DNA of 27,554 bases, from NCBI GenBank assembly GCA_038870455.1, contig JAWCPB010000014.1:1-27554 (forward strand), given 5' to 3'. The stretch comes from Candidatus Micrarchaeia archaeon (lineage in GTDB: Archaea > Micrarchaeota > Micrarchaeia > Burarchaeales > JACRGF01). This document shows, one piece after another, positions 7,476-14,987 of the stretch. Positions within the stretch are counted from its first letter, which is position 1. Every line of letters begins with the position of its first letter. The notes under the pieces were generated by a model that saw only the letters and a program-made list of their open reading frames with translations, made no database searches and was not told the origin of the DNA. Position numbers and translations under genes: made by a program.

Positions 7476-7799
7476 ATGGCCGCCGCTCTTTTAAAGCTTC
7501 AGAGGCTGACCGGCTGGGTGCTGCTGCTTTTCATCCTCGCCTACTTCGCAACCGGCTACGGCATGGTGAGGGAAGTCATCGACCCAAAGCTCTCGCTGGA
7601 AATTCACACGACGATTGACCTTCCGCTCCTCGCCACCTTCCTCATCCATGCTTCCATCGGCGCGCGGTTCGCCCTGCAGAGGCGGGGAATAAGCGGAAAA
7701 GCAGTCGATGCGCTCATCCTCATTCTCGCGCTGTGCCTTTTTTCCCTCGCGCTGTACATAAAGCTCTTCAGGCCGGCGGCCAGGCTCATCGGAGTGTAA
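7476..7799 (+). CDS. Three-TM membrane protein, cytochrome-b-like (SdhC/DUF4405-like)
   Basis: LQRLTGWVLL...ATGYG, and two His 14 residues apart around TM2 (EIHTT...LIHASIG). ATG at 7476. Confidence 0.65.
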   Translation: MAAALLKLQRLTGWVLLLFILAYFATGYGMVREVIDPKLSLEIHTTIDLPLLATFLIHASIGARFALQRRGISGKAVDALILILALCLFSLALYIKLFRPAARLIGV

Positions 7800-7922
7800 A
7801 GCCCCAGGAGAGATTTGAACTCTCGACATCTCGCTTACAAGGCGAGCGCTCTTTCGCGGAACACTTTTCCGCAAACGCTTCTGCCGCGCGGCAAAAGGGT
7901 TCTACCGCTGAGCTACTGGGGC
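7800..7922 (-). tRNA. tRNA-Thr(TGT) with a D-loop intron (about 7854-7902)
   Basis: Reverse complement: GCCCCAG TA GCTC AGCGGTA[intron]..GAGC G CTCGC CT TGT AA GCGAG ATGTC GAGAG TTCAAAT CTCTC CTGGGGC T. Confidence 0.92.
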
Positions 7923-7976
7923 GTCAGCAGTTGTTATAAAACTTATTTGCTTAATTCCTTTTGCTTCGTGATTTTC

Positions 7977-8129
7977 ATGGGAAAGCACGCTCTCGCAGAC
8001 GCGGTCATCGCCCAGATCTGGATCTGCAGAAAGTGCAAGGCGCGCAACAAGCGGGGCGTGGAGAAATGCCGCAGGTGCGGCTATCAGTGGCTGCGGCCAA
8101 AGCGAAAGGAAATCCGCGCAAAAAAGTGA
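7977..8129 (+). CDS. rpl40e: 50S ribosomal protein L40e
   Basis: 50 aa with the zinc-finger signature ICRKCKARN...KCRRCGY..LRPK. Confidence 0.93.
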   Translation: MGKHALADAVIAQIWICRKCKARNKRGVEKCRRCGYQWLRPKRKEIRAKK

Positions 8130-8163
8130 GCGGTTAATTAAGTTCTTCTCCTCAATCGTCCTA

Positions 8164-8262
8164 GACCTTCCCCTCTCGAGGAGGGTCAGGAGGAACCTGG
8201 AACTGGGGAGGGGCGCAGCCCCTCCGCGGTTCGGCCCACTGGGGTTCGGTCCGCGGTTCGGT
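8164..8262 (+). ncRNA. Putative structured non-coding RNA or long structured leader of tRNA-Leu
   Basis: Non-coding and GC-rich with several stems (GACCTTC/GAGGGTC; GGAGGGGC-GCA-GCCCCTCC; GAACTG/CGGTTC; GAACC/GGTTC). Begins about 23 nt after TTAATTAA at 8134-8141. Confidence 0.4.
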
Positions 8263-8349
8263 GCGGGGGTGCCGGAGCATGGTCAATCGGGCAGGGCTTA
8301 GGACCCTGTGCGCTTAGGCGCTGCAAGAGTTCAAATCTCTTCCCCCGCA
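8263..8349 (+). tRNA. tRNA-Leu(TAG), intronless
   Basis: Acceptor GCGGGGG/CCCCCGC, anticodon arm CAGGG-CT TAG GA-CCCTG, long variable arm, T-arm AAGAG-TTCAAAT-CTCTT, discriminator A. Confidence 0.95.
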
Positions 8350-8387
8350 TGCGACAGTATTTAAAACAGGAATTCGATTGGACAGCG

Positions 8388-11300
8388 ATGCGAAAAGAAC
8401 TCGTGCTCGTCGTGCTGCTCGTGCTTCTATCGGGCTGTCTCGAGAGGCGCGAGCTCATCGCGCCCGAGAGGGAAGTGCTCGCGAACTGGACGAGCGGCGA
8501 TGCCGACGGGGACGGCGCGCCCGACTGGTTTTCCTTCTTTTTCGAGCCCTACAACATCACGCCGCAGATGAGCCTCGCGAGGAGGGTGCTCGTGGCGGGA
8601 GTCATTGAGCCGAGGAGGGAGGAGTTCAACTTCACCGAGTCTTTCTCCCTCGAGCCGGCAAGACTGGCTGAGACCAGGCGCCTTCTCGCGGCATTCAACG
8701 CCTCGCGCTTTTCCCCGACCCCGAACGGGCCGGCCGAGGCCGCCTGCAGGAGAGCCGGGGGCGTGGAACAGCCGTGCGCCGACCTCGCGGCCTGCAGGGC
8801 CGCCTGCTCGGCTTCCGGAGAGTGCGCCGCAAAGCTCGCGCTGTACGGCGATGTTCTCGCCCAGGCGCTGCTCGACTTTTCGCAGGCCTCGCACGGGCTT
8901 GACCGCGCTCTCGCCACGCTTTCCGCAGACCTTGACGCAGCGCAGGCGAGCCCGTCGCTCGCCAGGCTGAACAGGGTAGCGGGCGGTTTCGAGAGCGCGA
9001 AGGCTTTCGCCGCAGGGATTTCAACCACTTCGCTGGCCACCGCTTTCGGGCTGTGCGCGCCGGTTCCGGTGGGCCTCAACCTTCTTGAGGACGCCAGGAG
9101 GGCGTTCATCGCAAGCGTGCAGACAACAGGGGCTCTGCCGCCGCCTCCCACGCCCCGGCCTCCCGAGCGCTTTACTGTGCTCGTGCGCCTCACGCTCTCC
9201 ATGTCCGAGGGCTCTGCCTTCTCGGACCTCTCTCTCACCGAAGTCATTCCAAGGGAGTTTGCAGCAGACGCCTCTCAAATTGAATTCGGAGTGAATTACA
9301 CCGACATCTCGGCGCGGCCTCCCTTCGTGGTCACATGGAGGCACAGCAACGTCGGGGGGCGGGCGGGCGAGAGCGAGATCGCCTACCTCATCAAGAACGC
9401 GGGGGAGCCGAGGGAGGGCTGGCTGGAGTGGGCGCGGAGCCAGGCCAGCAGGCCCCAGCTCTCGCTCACGCGCCTGGAGCCCATGGCCTCGCCCGCGGTC
9501 GTTTTCGCCAAGGGCGTTTATTCGGGCGTGCTCTCCTTCTTCATTTCAGTCTCCAACTTTCACGTTGCCGTGGGCGTTGTCGCTGCACTCGCGCTGGTCG
9601 CGCTCTGGCTGCTGTGGAGCGGAGCCTCCTTCATTCTCGCCCTCGTGAATGCCGTGCGCACGAGGAAGGACCTCAAGGAGGCCGTTTACGCGTTCGCGGG
9701 CCACGGGAGCACGCAGACGCTCGCCTACCTGGCGATCGGCGTGGGCCTCACCCTGCTCGGGCTGGCTGTCATCCACCTCACCGCTCCGTTCCCGCAGCCT
9801 CTCACTGCAGAGAGCGACGTCCTGCAGGCGCTGAGCGCTGACTTCGCCAAGACGGCCGGCTCGCTCTCCATTTTCTTCGGCCTCATGTCCCTGTACTTCC
9901 TCATCGCCGACTTCTCCAAGGGCATTGTGCTGGGCAAGCGCTATTACGAGCGGCCGCTTCCGACTGGCGTGCGCGCCGTCATGTACGAGGCGCAGATTCT
10001 CGAGGCAGCCAAGGGCATGCGCGATTCCATCGAGCTGCTTCTCGAGCGGGCCCGGGAGCCGCGCAAGCAGGGTTTCGTCTTCGAGGCGGAGGAGAAGGCC
10101 GCGCGCAGCGCGCTCGCCATTCTCGACGCCTGCGAGGCCGCGTGCAAGGCGGCCAACCTCGCCCAGGCCAACATCGAGCTGCAGAGGGCGCGGGGCGCGG
10201 TCGAAAAGGCCAAGGCCGCGCTCGAGGCCAAGCTGGCCGCGCAGGAGAGGCTCTCAAGCCTTGCCGAGAAAGTGCAGAAGGCCGACAAGGCCGCGCGCTC
10301 GGCGCTCGAAGCGGCTGCAAAAATTGGCGTGGACATCCGAGAGGAGGAGAAGGCTCTCGGGGCCTCGCCTGCCAGCACCGCGCTCGAAGAGGCGAGAAGC
10401 GCATGGAGCGCGGACGACCTCGCCAAAGCAGAGAGGATTCTCGGAGAGAAGCTGGCCGAGCTGGAGGCGCTCTCAGAAGCCGCGGCGAAGAAGGGCGAAG
10501 AGCGCAAGCTTCTGCTGGGCAGGACGTTCCGCTGCCCGGAGTGCAGCCGCTCCATAAGCGTGGTGAGCGCCGTATGCCCCTACTGCAAGTCCGACGTGGC
10601 CGCCAAGATAAGGGAGAAGGCGGAGGAGCTGCGGAAGGCCATCGACAGGGACAGGAAGGAGCTCGAGCCGGCGCGCGCCTTCCTCGAGACGGCCGCGGAG
10701 GAAAAGACGCTGTCGGAAATAGAGGCCGCGCTGCCGGACATTCTCGACGCCGCCGGCCGCAGGGCCTTTGACGAGGCGACAAAGTCGCTCGAGGCCGAGG
10801 CCTCCCGCTACGACAAGGTCAAGCCTCTTCTGCGCGACAAGCTCGAGGCGTTCAAGGGCCTCACCGAGAGGCGCGGCATCCTCGAAAAGCGCGTTGACGT
10901 CATCCGGCACATGCTCGCCCAGGGAGCAAAACTGGGGCTGGACCTGAGCGCTGAGGAAAAAGAGTTCGGCTCGCTCGACCTCGAGGGCGCGGTGGCCAGG
11001 GTGCGCGAGCTGTTCAAGGCAGGAAAGTTCGCGGCCGCAGACGAGCTGCTCACCGCCACAGAAAACTCCTTCGAGAGGCTCGAGGCGCACACGGGCGACG
11101 TCATCGAGGACTTCCGCAACCAGTCGGACCGTCTCGCGCTCGCCGCAGCCTCGCTGAGCCGCATCGAGGAATCCGTCGCAAAGGCGAAGAAGGCCGGCCT
11201 CAGCGTGTGGAGGGAGGAGGCCGAGGCGAAGTCAATCAACCTCGAGAGGCTGCGCGCCGCGCTCAAGGCGCGCGAGCCGGTCGCAAAAGACATAGACGCC

Positions 11301-12170
11301 GCTGTCGAGAGGGTCGCCGCGATCGAGAAAAACACGGCGAGGAAGCTCGAGGCGTTTGAGGCGCTGGAGGCCAAGCTCGCCTCCCTGGAGAAGGAGATGA
11401 AGGAAGGCGATGTGCTGCTCAACAAGTGCCTTGTGGAGGGCATTGATGTGGGCGTCGAGCACGAGTCGCTGTACGCCATCGACCTGGACCGCCTGCGCGC
11501 ATCCCTCTCAGTCCTCGAGAGCGTCGAGGGCGTGCGCGCGCAGATAGAGGGCGCGCTCTCAGCTGCCGACGGCGCGCTGGCGAGCCTGCGTGAGAAGCTC
11601 GCCATGCTCGAGAACTGGAGCGCCTGGAGCGCGCACATCGCCTCCCTGCTGCGCAGGCAGGACACCATCACCGAGTCCATGCTCGTGGCCGTGCCCGAAA
11701 AGTGGAGGAAGTGGGCCATGGAGAAGTACCTGACAGAGCACCCTGCCGAAAGCTTTGTCATAGAGAACAATGCGCTCGTCCGCCTCAAGCCCGCGCCGGT
11801 GTCCAAGTTCCAGTTCGAGGTCATCCTACAGCGGCTCGTGGCCTCGCAGAAGATCGACGCCGCGGCTGTCGTGCGGCGGGACGGCCTCATGATAGCCAGC
11901 ACGCTGCCTCCTGCCATAAACTCAGAGACCATAGCGGCCATGGCCGCCCGCATCGCGTCGAAGTCCGAGATGGTCTCAGGCGAGCTCCGCCGCGGGCTCG
12001 TCAAGGACGTCATCATCGCCACGAAGGAGGGCAGGCTCGTGCTGCTCGCGGCCGGCCGCATGGCCATTCTCATAACATTGATAAAGCCGCAGGAAGACAT
12101 TGGGTTCGTGCTCATCACGATGGGCGAGGCGGCGAAGGAGATTGCCGCTCTGCTGGAGGGGAGGACCTGA
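8388..12170 (+). CDS. Giant (1260 aa) membrane protein: lipobox, Cys-rich ectodomain, 3-4 TM, helical-repeat rod with zinc ribbon, C-terminal Roadblock/LC7 (MglB-like) domain
   Basis: MRKELVLVVLLVLLSGC lipobox; DADGDGAPD Ca-binding-type motif; TM cluster at about 9500-9910; CPEC..CPYC; C-terminal AAAVVRRDGLMIAS.LP...ETIAAMAA is typical of Roadblock. TATTTAAA about 23 nt before ATG 8388. Confidence 0.9.
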   Translation: MRKELVLVVLLVLLSGCLERRELIAPEREVLANWTSGDADGDGAPDWFSFFFEPYNITPQMSLARRVLVAGVIEPRREEFNFTESFSLEPARLAETRRLLAAFNASRFSPTPNGPAEAACRRAGGVEQPCADLAACRAACSASGECAAKLALYGDVLAQALLDFSQASHGLDRALATLSADLDAAQASPSLARLNRVAGGFESAKAFAAGISTTSLATAFGLCAPVPVGLNLLEDARRAFIASVQTTGALPPPPTPRPPERFTVLVRLTLSMSEGSAFSDLSLTEVIPREFAADASQIEFGVNYTDISARPPFVVTWRHSNVGGRAGESEIAYLIKNAGEPREGWLEWARSQASRPQLSLTRLEPMASPAVVFAKGVYSGVLSFFISVSNFHVAVGVVAALALVALWLLWSGASFILALVNAVRTRKDLKEAVYAFAGHGSTQTLAYLAIGVGLTLLGLAVIHLTAPFPQPLTAESDVLQALSADFAKTAGSLSIFFGLMSLYFLIADFSKGIVLGKRYYERPLPTGVRAVMYEAQILEAAKGMRDSIELLLERAREPRKQGFVFEAEEKAARSALAILDACEAACKAANLAQANIELQRARGAVEKAKAALEAKLAAQERLSSLAEKVQKADKAARSALEAAAKIGVDIREEEKALGASPASTALEEARSAWSADDLAKAERILGEKLAELEALSEAAAKKGEERKLLLGRTFRCPECSRSISVVSAVCPYCKSDVAAKIREKAEELRKAIDRDRKELEPARAFLETAAEEKTLSEIEAALPDILDAAGRRAFDEATKSLEAEASRYDKVKPLLRDKLEAFKGLTERRGILEKRVDVIRHMLAQGAKLGLDLSAEEKEFGSLDLEGAVARVRELFKAGKFAAADELLTATENSFERLEAHTGDVIEDFRNQSDRLALAAASLSRIEESVAKAKKAGLSVWREEAEAKSINLERLRAALKAREPVAKDIDAAVERVAAIEKNTARKLEAFEALEAKLASLEKEMKEGDVLLNKCLVEGIDVGVEHESLYAIDLDRLRASLSVLESVEGVRAQIEGALSAADGALASLREKLAMLENWSAWSAHIASLLRRQDTITESMLVAVPEKWRKWAMEKYLTEHPAESFVIENNALVRLKPAPVSKFQFEVILQRLVASQKIDAAAVVRRDGLMIASTLPPAINSETIAAMAARIASKSEMVSGELRRGLVKDVIIATKEGRLVLLAAGRMAILITLIKPQEDIGFVLITMGEAAKEIAALLEGRT

Positions 12171-12181
12171 CGACCGAGGAG

Positions 12182-12622
12182 ATGCGGCGTGCTGCTGAAA
12201 AGGGCGAGCGCGCGTTTGCTGACGAGGGCAGGCTCAAGAAGGCGCGCGTCGTTTTCGGCTCGCTGCTCGCTTTCATTGAAGAGCCCCCGCAGGAGGGCTG
12301 GGAGTCAAGGCGCGAGGTGGAGGCCGCGCTGAGGAAGCTCGCCCGCCTTGCACCAGCCTCGGTTGAGGTGGCCAAGGAACTCATCCGCTCGGGCGGGCCG
12401 CGCGAGCGCCTCGCCGCCTGTCACGCCCTCGGCGAGCTGCGCGCGCCCGCAGGCGTGGCCGCGCTCATTCTCGCGCTCGAGGATGAGAAGGAGTGGGTGA
12501 GGGTGTGCGCCGGCCGCGCGCTGCGCAAGATAGAGGACAAGGAGGGGCTCATCGCCGCGCTGCTCGCCAAGAACACCGAGCTGCTGGCGCGCCTCGCGGC
12601 CTCGCTCGAAGGCAAAGGATAG
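12182..12622 (+). CDS. HEAT (PBS-lyase-type) repeat protein
   Basis: ERLAACHALGEL...GVAALILALEDEKEWVRVCAGRALRKI repeats; 11 nt downstream of the giant gene. Exact start uncertain. Confidence 0.8.
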   Translation: MRRAAEKGERAFADEGRLKKARVVFGSLLAFIEEPPQEGWESRREVEAALRKLARLAPASVEVAKELIRSGGPRERLAACHALGELRAPAGVAALILALEDEKEWVRVCAGRALRKIEDKEGLIAALLAKNTELLARLAASLEGKG

Positions 12623-12694
12623 CGGGGAGTGGATTTGAACCACCGATCTCTGGGTTATGAGCCCAGCGGGCACTCCAGGCTACCCTACCCCGCT
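12620..12694 (-). tRNA. Initiator tRNA-Met(CAT)
   Basis: Reverse complement AGCGGGGTAGGGTAGCCTGGAGTGCCCGCTGGGCTCATAACCCAGAGATCGGTGGTTCAAATCCACTCCCCGCTA. A1-U72 pair and three consecutive G-C pairs in the anticodon stem. Confidence 0.95.
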
Positions 12695-12753
12695 TTAATC
12701 AGGCGGTAATTAAGCTCACAAGCATTTTATATCTCTTTCCCGCCTAGCAGTGC

Positions 12754-13233
12754 GTGAAGGGTTTTTTCAGTTTTTTCCTCGTTGTCGTCGCGCTGGGCGC
12801 GTTGTTCGCCGGCTCCCAGGCCTATCTCAAGAACCTGCAGACCACGCGCTCCGCCGAGTCGGAGCTCCTGCTCGTCGAGCGCGCGCACGCCGCAGAGATG
12901 GACGCCAAGCACGCGCTGCTGGACGGAATTCGCGAGAATGCGCGCGGTAGTGATGGCAGGAACACTGAAGAAATTTCGTTTGGCCTGGCGGCAAGATTTC
13001 AAGCGCTCGAGGCCGAAGTGGGAAAAGGTGGTTTCCATGGCTTTAATGCGTCGCTGTGGTGTGGAGTCAAGGGCGCGTCCCTTGCCGTGTGCGCTAACCC
13101 TCTCTCAATCGCGGTCATAACCCAGCAACGCAGCGTATTCATCACGACAGACATCATCCTCAACCTCCGCGACGAGCGTGCAAACGCTTCCTTCACCTCC
13201 TTCATTCCGGCCGGAACGGTGGTGTGGTATTGA
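12754..13233 (+). CDS. Pilin-like protein with a class III signal peptide
   Basis: MKG-FFSFFLVVVALGALF: basic residue and Gly followed by a hydrophobic helix. First of four overlapping ORFs. Confidence 0.65.
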   Translation: MKGFFSFFLVVVALGALFAGSQAYLKNLQTTRSAESELLLVERAHAAEMDAKHALLDGIRENARGSDGRNTEEISFGLAARFQALEAEVGKGGFHGFNASLWCGVKGASLAVCANPLSIAVITQQRSVFITTDIILNLRDERANASFTSFIPAGTVVWY

Positions 13234-13553
13234 GAGGACAGGTTTCGGTCGAGGCTCTGGTTGTTCTTGCGGCCTATCTTGTCCTTCTCTTTCTCCTGGT
13301 GAGCGGCCTGAGCGCGAGCGCGGCAAGCCTTTCGGAAAAGCACGCTCTGCTGGAGGCGAAGGCCCTGTCCATCCGAGCCGCAGCCTTTCAGGACGCGCTG
13401 GCGGCCAACGCCCGCGAGGCCTCCCACTCGTTTGACTTCGGAAACTGCACGCTGCCAGTGACCGAGGTCAGCTGCTATGTAAGGGGACAGGCCGCCTCAA
13501 CAAGAGTGCTTGGTGTGCTGAATGCGAGCATGTACTTTCTTCAAAAAGTGTAA
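13224..13553 (+). CDS. Pilin-like protein with a class III signal peptide
   Basis: RG-QVSVEALVVL matches the archaeal (K/R)GQxSxE prepilin motif. Start is GTG 13224 or TTG 13230. Confidence 0.8.
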   Translation: MVLRGQVSVEALVVLAAYLVLLFLLVSGLSASAASLSEKHALLEAKALSIRAAAFQDALAANAREASHSFDFGNCTLPVTEVSCYVRGQAASTRVLGVLNASMYFLQKV

Positions 13554-13923
13554 GGGCGCGCTGTTCGCGAGCGACGCGCTGCTCGCCTGCCTAGCCGTCC
13601 TGCTGCTGCTCCACATCCTCTCCGCCGTTCTGTTTCTATTCTACGAGCGCTCGGCGGCGTCGATACAGAGCTGGGAGGAGGAGGCGCTGCTGCTGTCTAT
13701 CGCCGACCGCCTCGTCAAGGCAGAGGCTGTCGAGAGCGAGACGCTGCCGCCGGTCGTTCATCCCAACGTGATTGACAGGGCCAAGCTGGCCGCATTAAAG
13801 GACAGGCTCTCCGGTTTCAACGTCACCGCGGGCCTTGAAAGCGAAGGGAGAGCGAGCGGCCGCTGCATTCGCCGCATAGTCCTCGTTTCCGGTGAGGTGG
13901 ATGCGCTTGTCGTGTGCAGGTAA
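13522..13923 (+). CDS. Pilin-like protein with a class III signal peptide
   Basis: KG-ALFASDALLACLAVLLL followed by a long N-terminal helix. Confidence 0.7.
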   Translation: MRACTFFKKCKGALFASDALLACLAVLLLLHILSAVLFLFYERSAASIQSWEEEALLLSIADRLVKAEAVESETLPPVVHPNVIDRAKLAALKDRLSGFNVTAGLESEGRASGRCIRRIVLVSGEVDALVVCR

Positions 13924-14308
13924 GGGTTTCGCGCTCACGCTCGAAGCCCTGCTCAGCATTTTCCTGGCCACCGCGCTCGTCGTTCCCTTTCTTTCGCTCA
14001 CCCAGGGCGCGCTCGCACGGAAGCACGCCTTTCTCCACGACAGCCAGCTTCTTGATGACGCCGTTGAAGCCGCGCACGGGCTGGGCGTTTTTGAAGACCT
14101 CGCGGCCGGCAGAGGGGAGGATGCCGAGGCAAAGCTCGGCAAAATCTCGGACAGACTGGGCGCCTGCCTCCGTGTCAGCACGGGCGCGTGGTCGCGCGCG
14201 TTCCGGTGCGGGGGAAGTTCGACGCGGAAAATCACTACCACCCGCCTGCTCGCCCGCAACGGCACGGGCAGCGGGTACGAAACGATCTCGTTCGTTCTCG
14301 AGAGATGA
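13901..14308 (+). CDS. Pilin-like protein with a class III signal peptide
   Basis: KG-FALTLEALLSIFLA; SD-like GGTGAGGTG just before ATG 13901. Confidence 0.7.
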   Translation: MRLSCAGKGFALTLEALLSIFLATALVVPFLSLTQGALARKHAFLHDSQLLDDAVEAAHGLGVFEDLAAGRGEDAEAKLGKISDRLGACLRVSTGAWSRAFRCGGSSTRKITTTRLLARNGTGSGYETISFVLER

Positions 14309-14344
14309 GAGCCTATTTTAATTGTTAATTGTGAATTAGTCCGC

Positions 14345-14464
14345 GCCTAGGTAGCTCAGCCTGGTTAGAGCGCCAGACTCATATCGCACCGCGATCTGAG
14401 TGCCGAGCCTTCGGGCAATGACCGGGAAATCTGGAAGTCGCGAGTTCAAATCTCGCCCTAGGCA
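14345..14464 (+). tRNA. Elongator tRNA-Met(CAT) with a 45-nt intron at 37/38 (14384-14428)
   Basis: GCCTAGG/CCTAGGC acceptor, CCAGA-CT CAT A[intron]A-TCTGG, T-arm GCGAG-TTCAAAT-CTCGC. The GCC start and the intron favour elongator Met over Ile2. Confidence 0.9.
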
Positions 14465-14952
14465 CTCGGCAGCGCGAACGCCCCGCCTATCAGCTCGCAC
14501 CCTCCTTCGGCAAAAAGTTTCGCCGTGAGCGCCGCCAGCCAAGCGTCCCTCTCGTGCTCGTTTCTGCAGGCCGCGGGAAAGCGGACGCGCCTGCCAGCGC
14601 GCCGGATGGCCGACAGGGAAGAGCGCGGATGCACTTCGATGACATGCATCTTCAGGCCGGCGAGCCTCTTCTTCAGCCTCATTCCTCTTCTTGCCAGCGC
14701 ACGCATGGCTCCCCTGAGCGGAAGCACACGCAGGCCGCGTGCGGCCAATTCCCTCTCGATTCTCCGCATGCTCCCTTTTCTCGGGAGGGAGAGCGGCGCG
14801 TCGACAGCGATGAGCGCGGGCTTTGCAGCCGCGGCCCATGCGATTATCTCTCCATCGGAATGCAGCGTGGCGCACCGTGCCCTTCTTCCTGAGAGCAGGC
14901 AGGCTCCGGAAGGGTTTTTCTCCTTCGCCGCCAGGTCTATGCCCGCGAACAC
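14458..14952 (-). CDS. DUF429 family predicted nuclease (RNase H-like fold)
   Basis: AGIDLA, IAVDAPLSLP, IEVHP and HERDA acidic motifs. Confidence 0.8.
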   Translation of the reverse strand: MFAGIDLAAKEKNPSGACLLSGRRARCATLHSDGEIIAWAAAAKPALIAVDAPLSLPRKGSMRRIERELAARGLRVLPLRGAMRALARRGMRLKKRLAGLKMHVIEVHPRSSLSAIRRAGRRVRFPAACRNEHERDAWLAALTAKLFAEGGCELIGGAFALPSA

Positions 14953-14987
14953 GAACGTTTTTTAAGCAGGGCAAATAAAAAACAAGC

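Noticed and set aside
8164-8262. Possible RNase P, SRP or 5S RNA, or a split-tRNA half
   Set aside because: It is too short and lacks the conserved cores (no GAGGAAAGUCC plus 3' P4 strand, no SRP helix 8 motif). The adjacent tRNA-Leu is already complete.
11702-12622. Programmed frameshift fusing the giant protein to the HEAT ORF
   Set aside because: The HEAT frame is open upstream, but that is common at this GC content. There is no canonical slippery heptamer, and an independent ATG exists at 12182.
12620-14464. Pilin block between two tRNA-Met genes as an integrated island
   Set aside because: No integrase, no duplicated tRNA 3' end, and no clear compositional shift.
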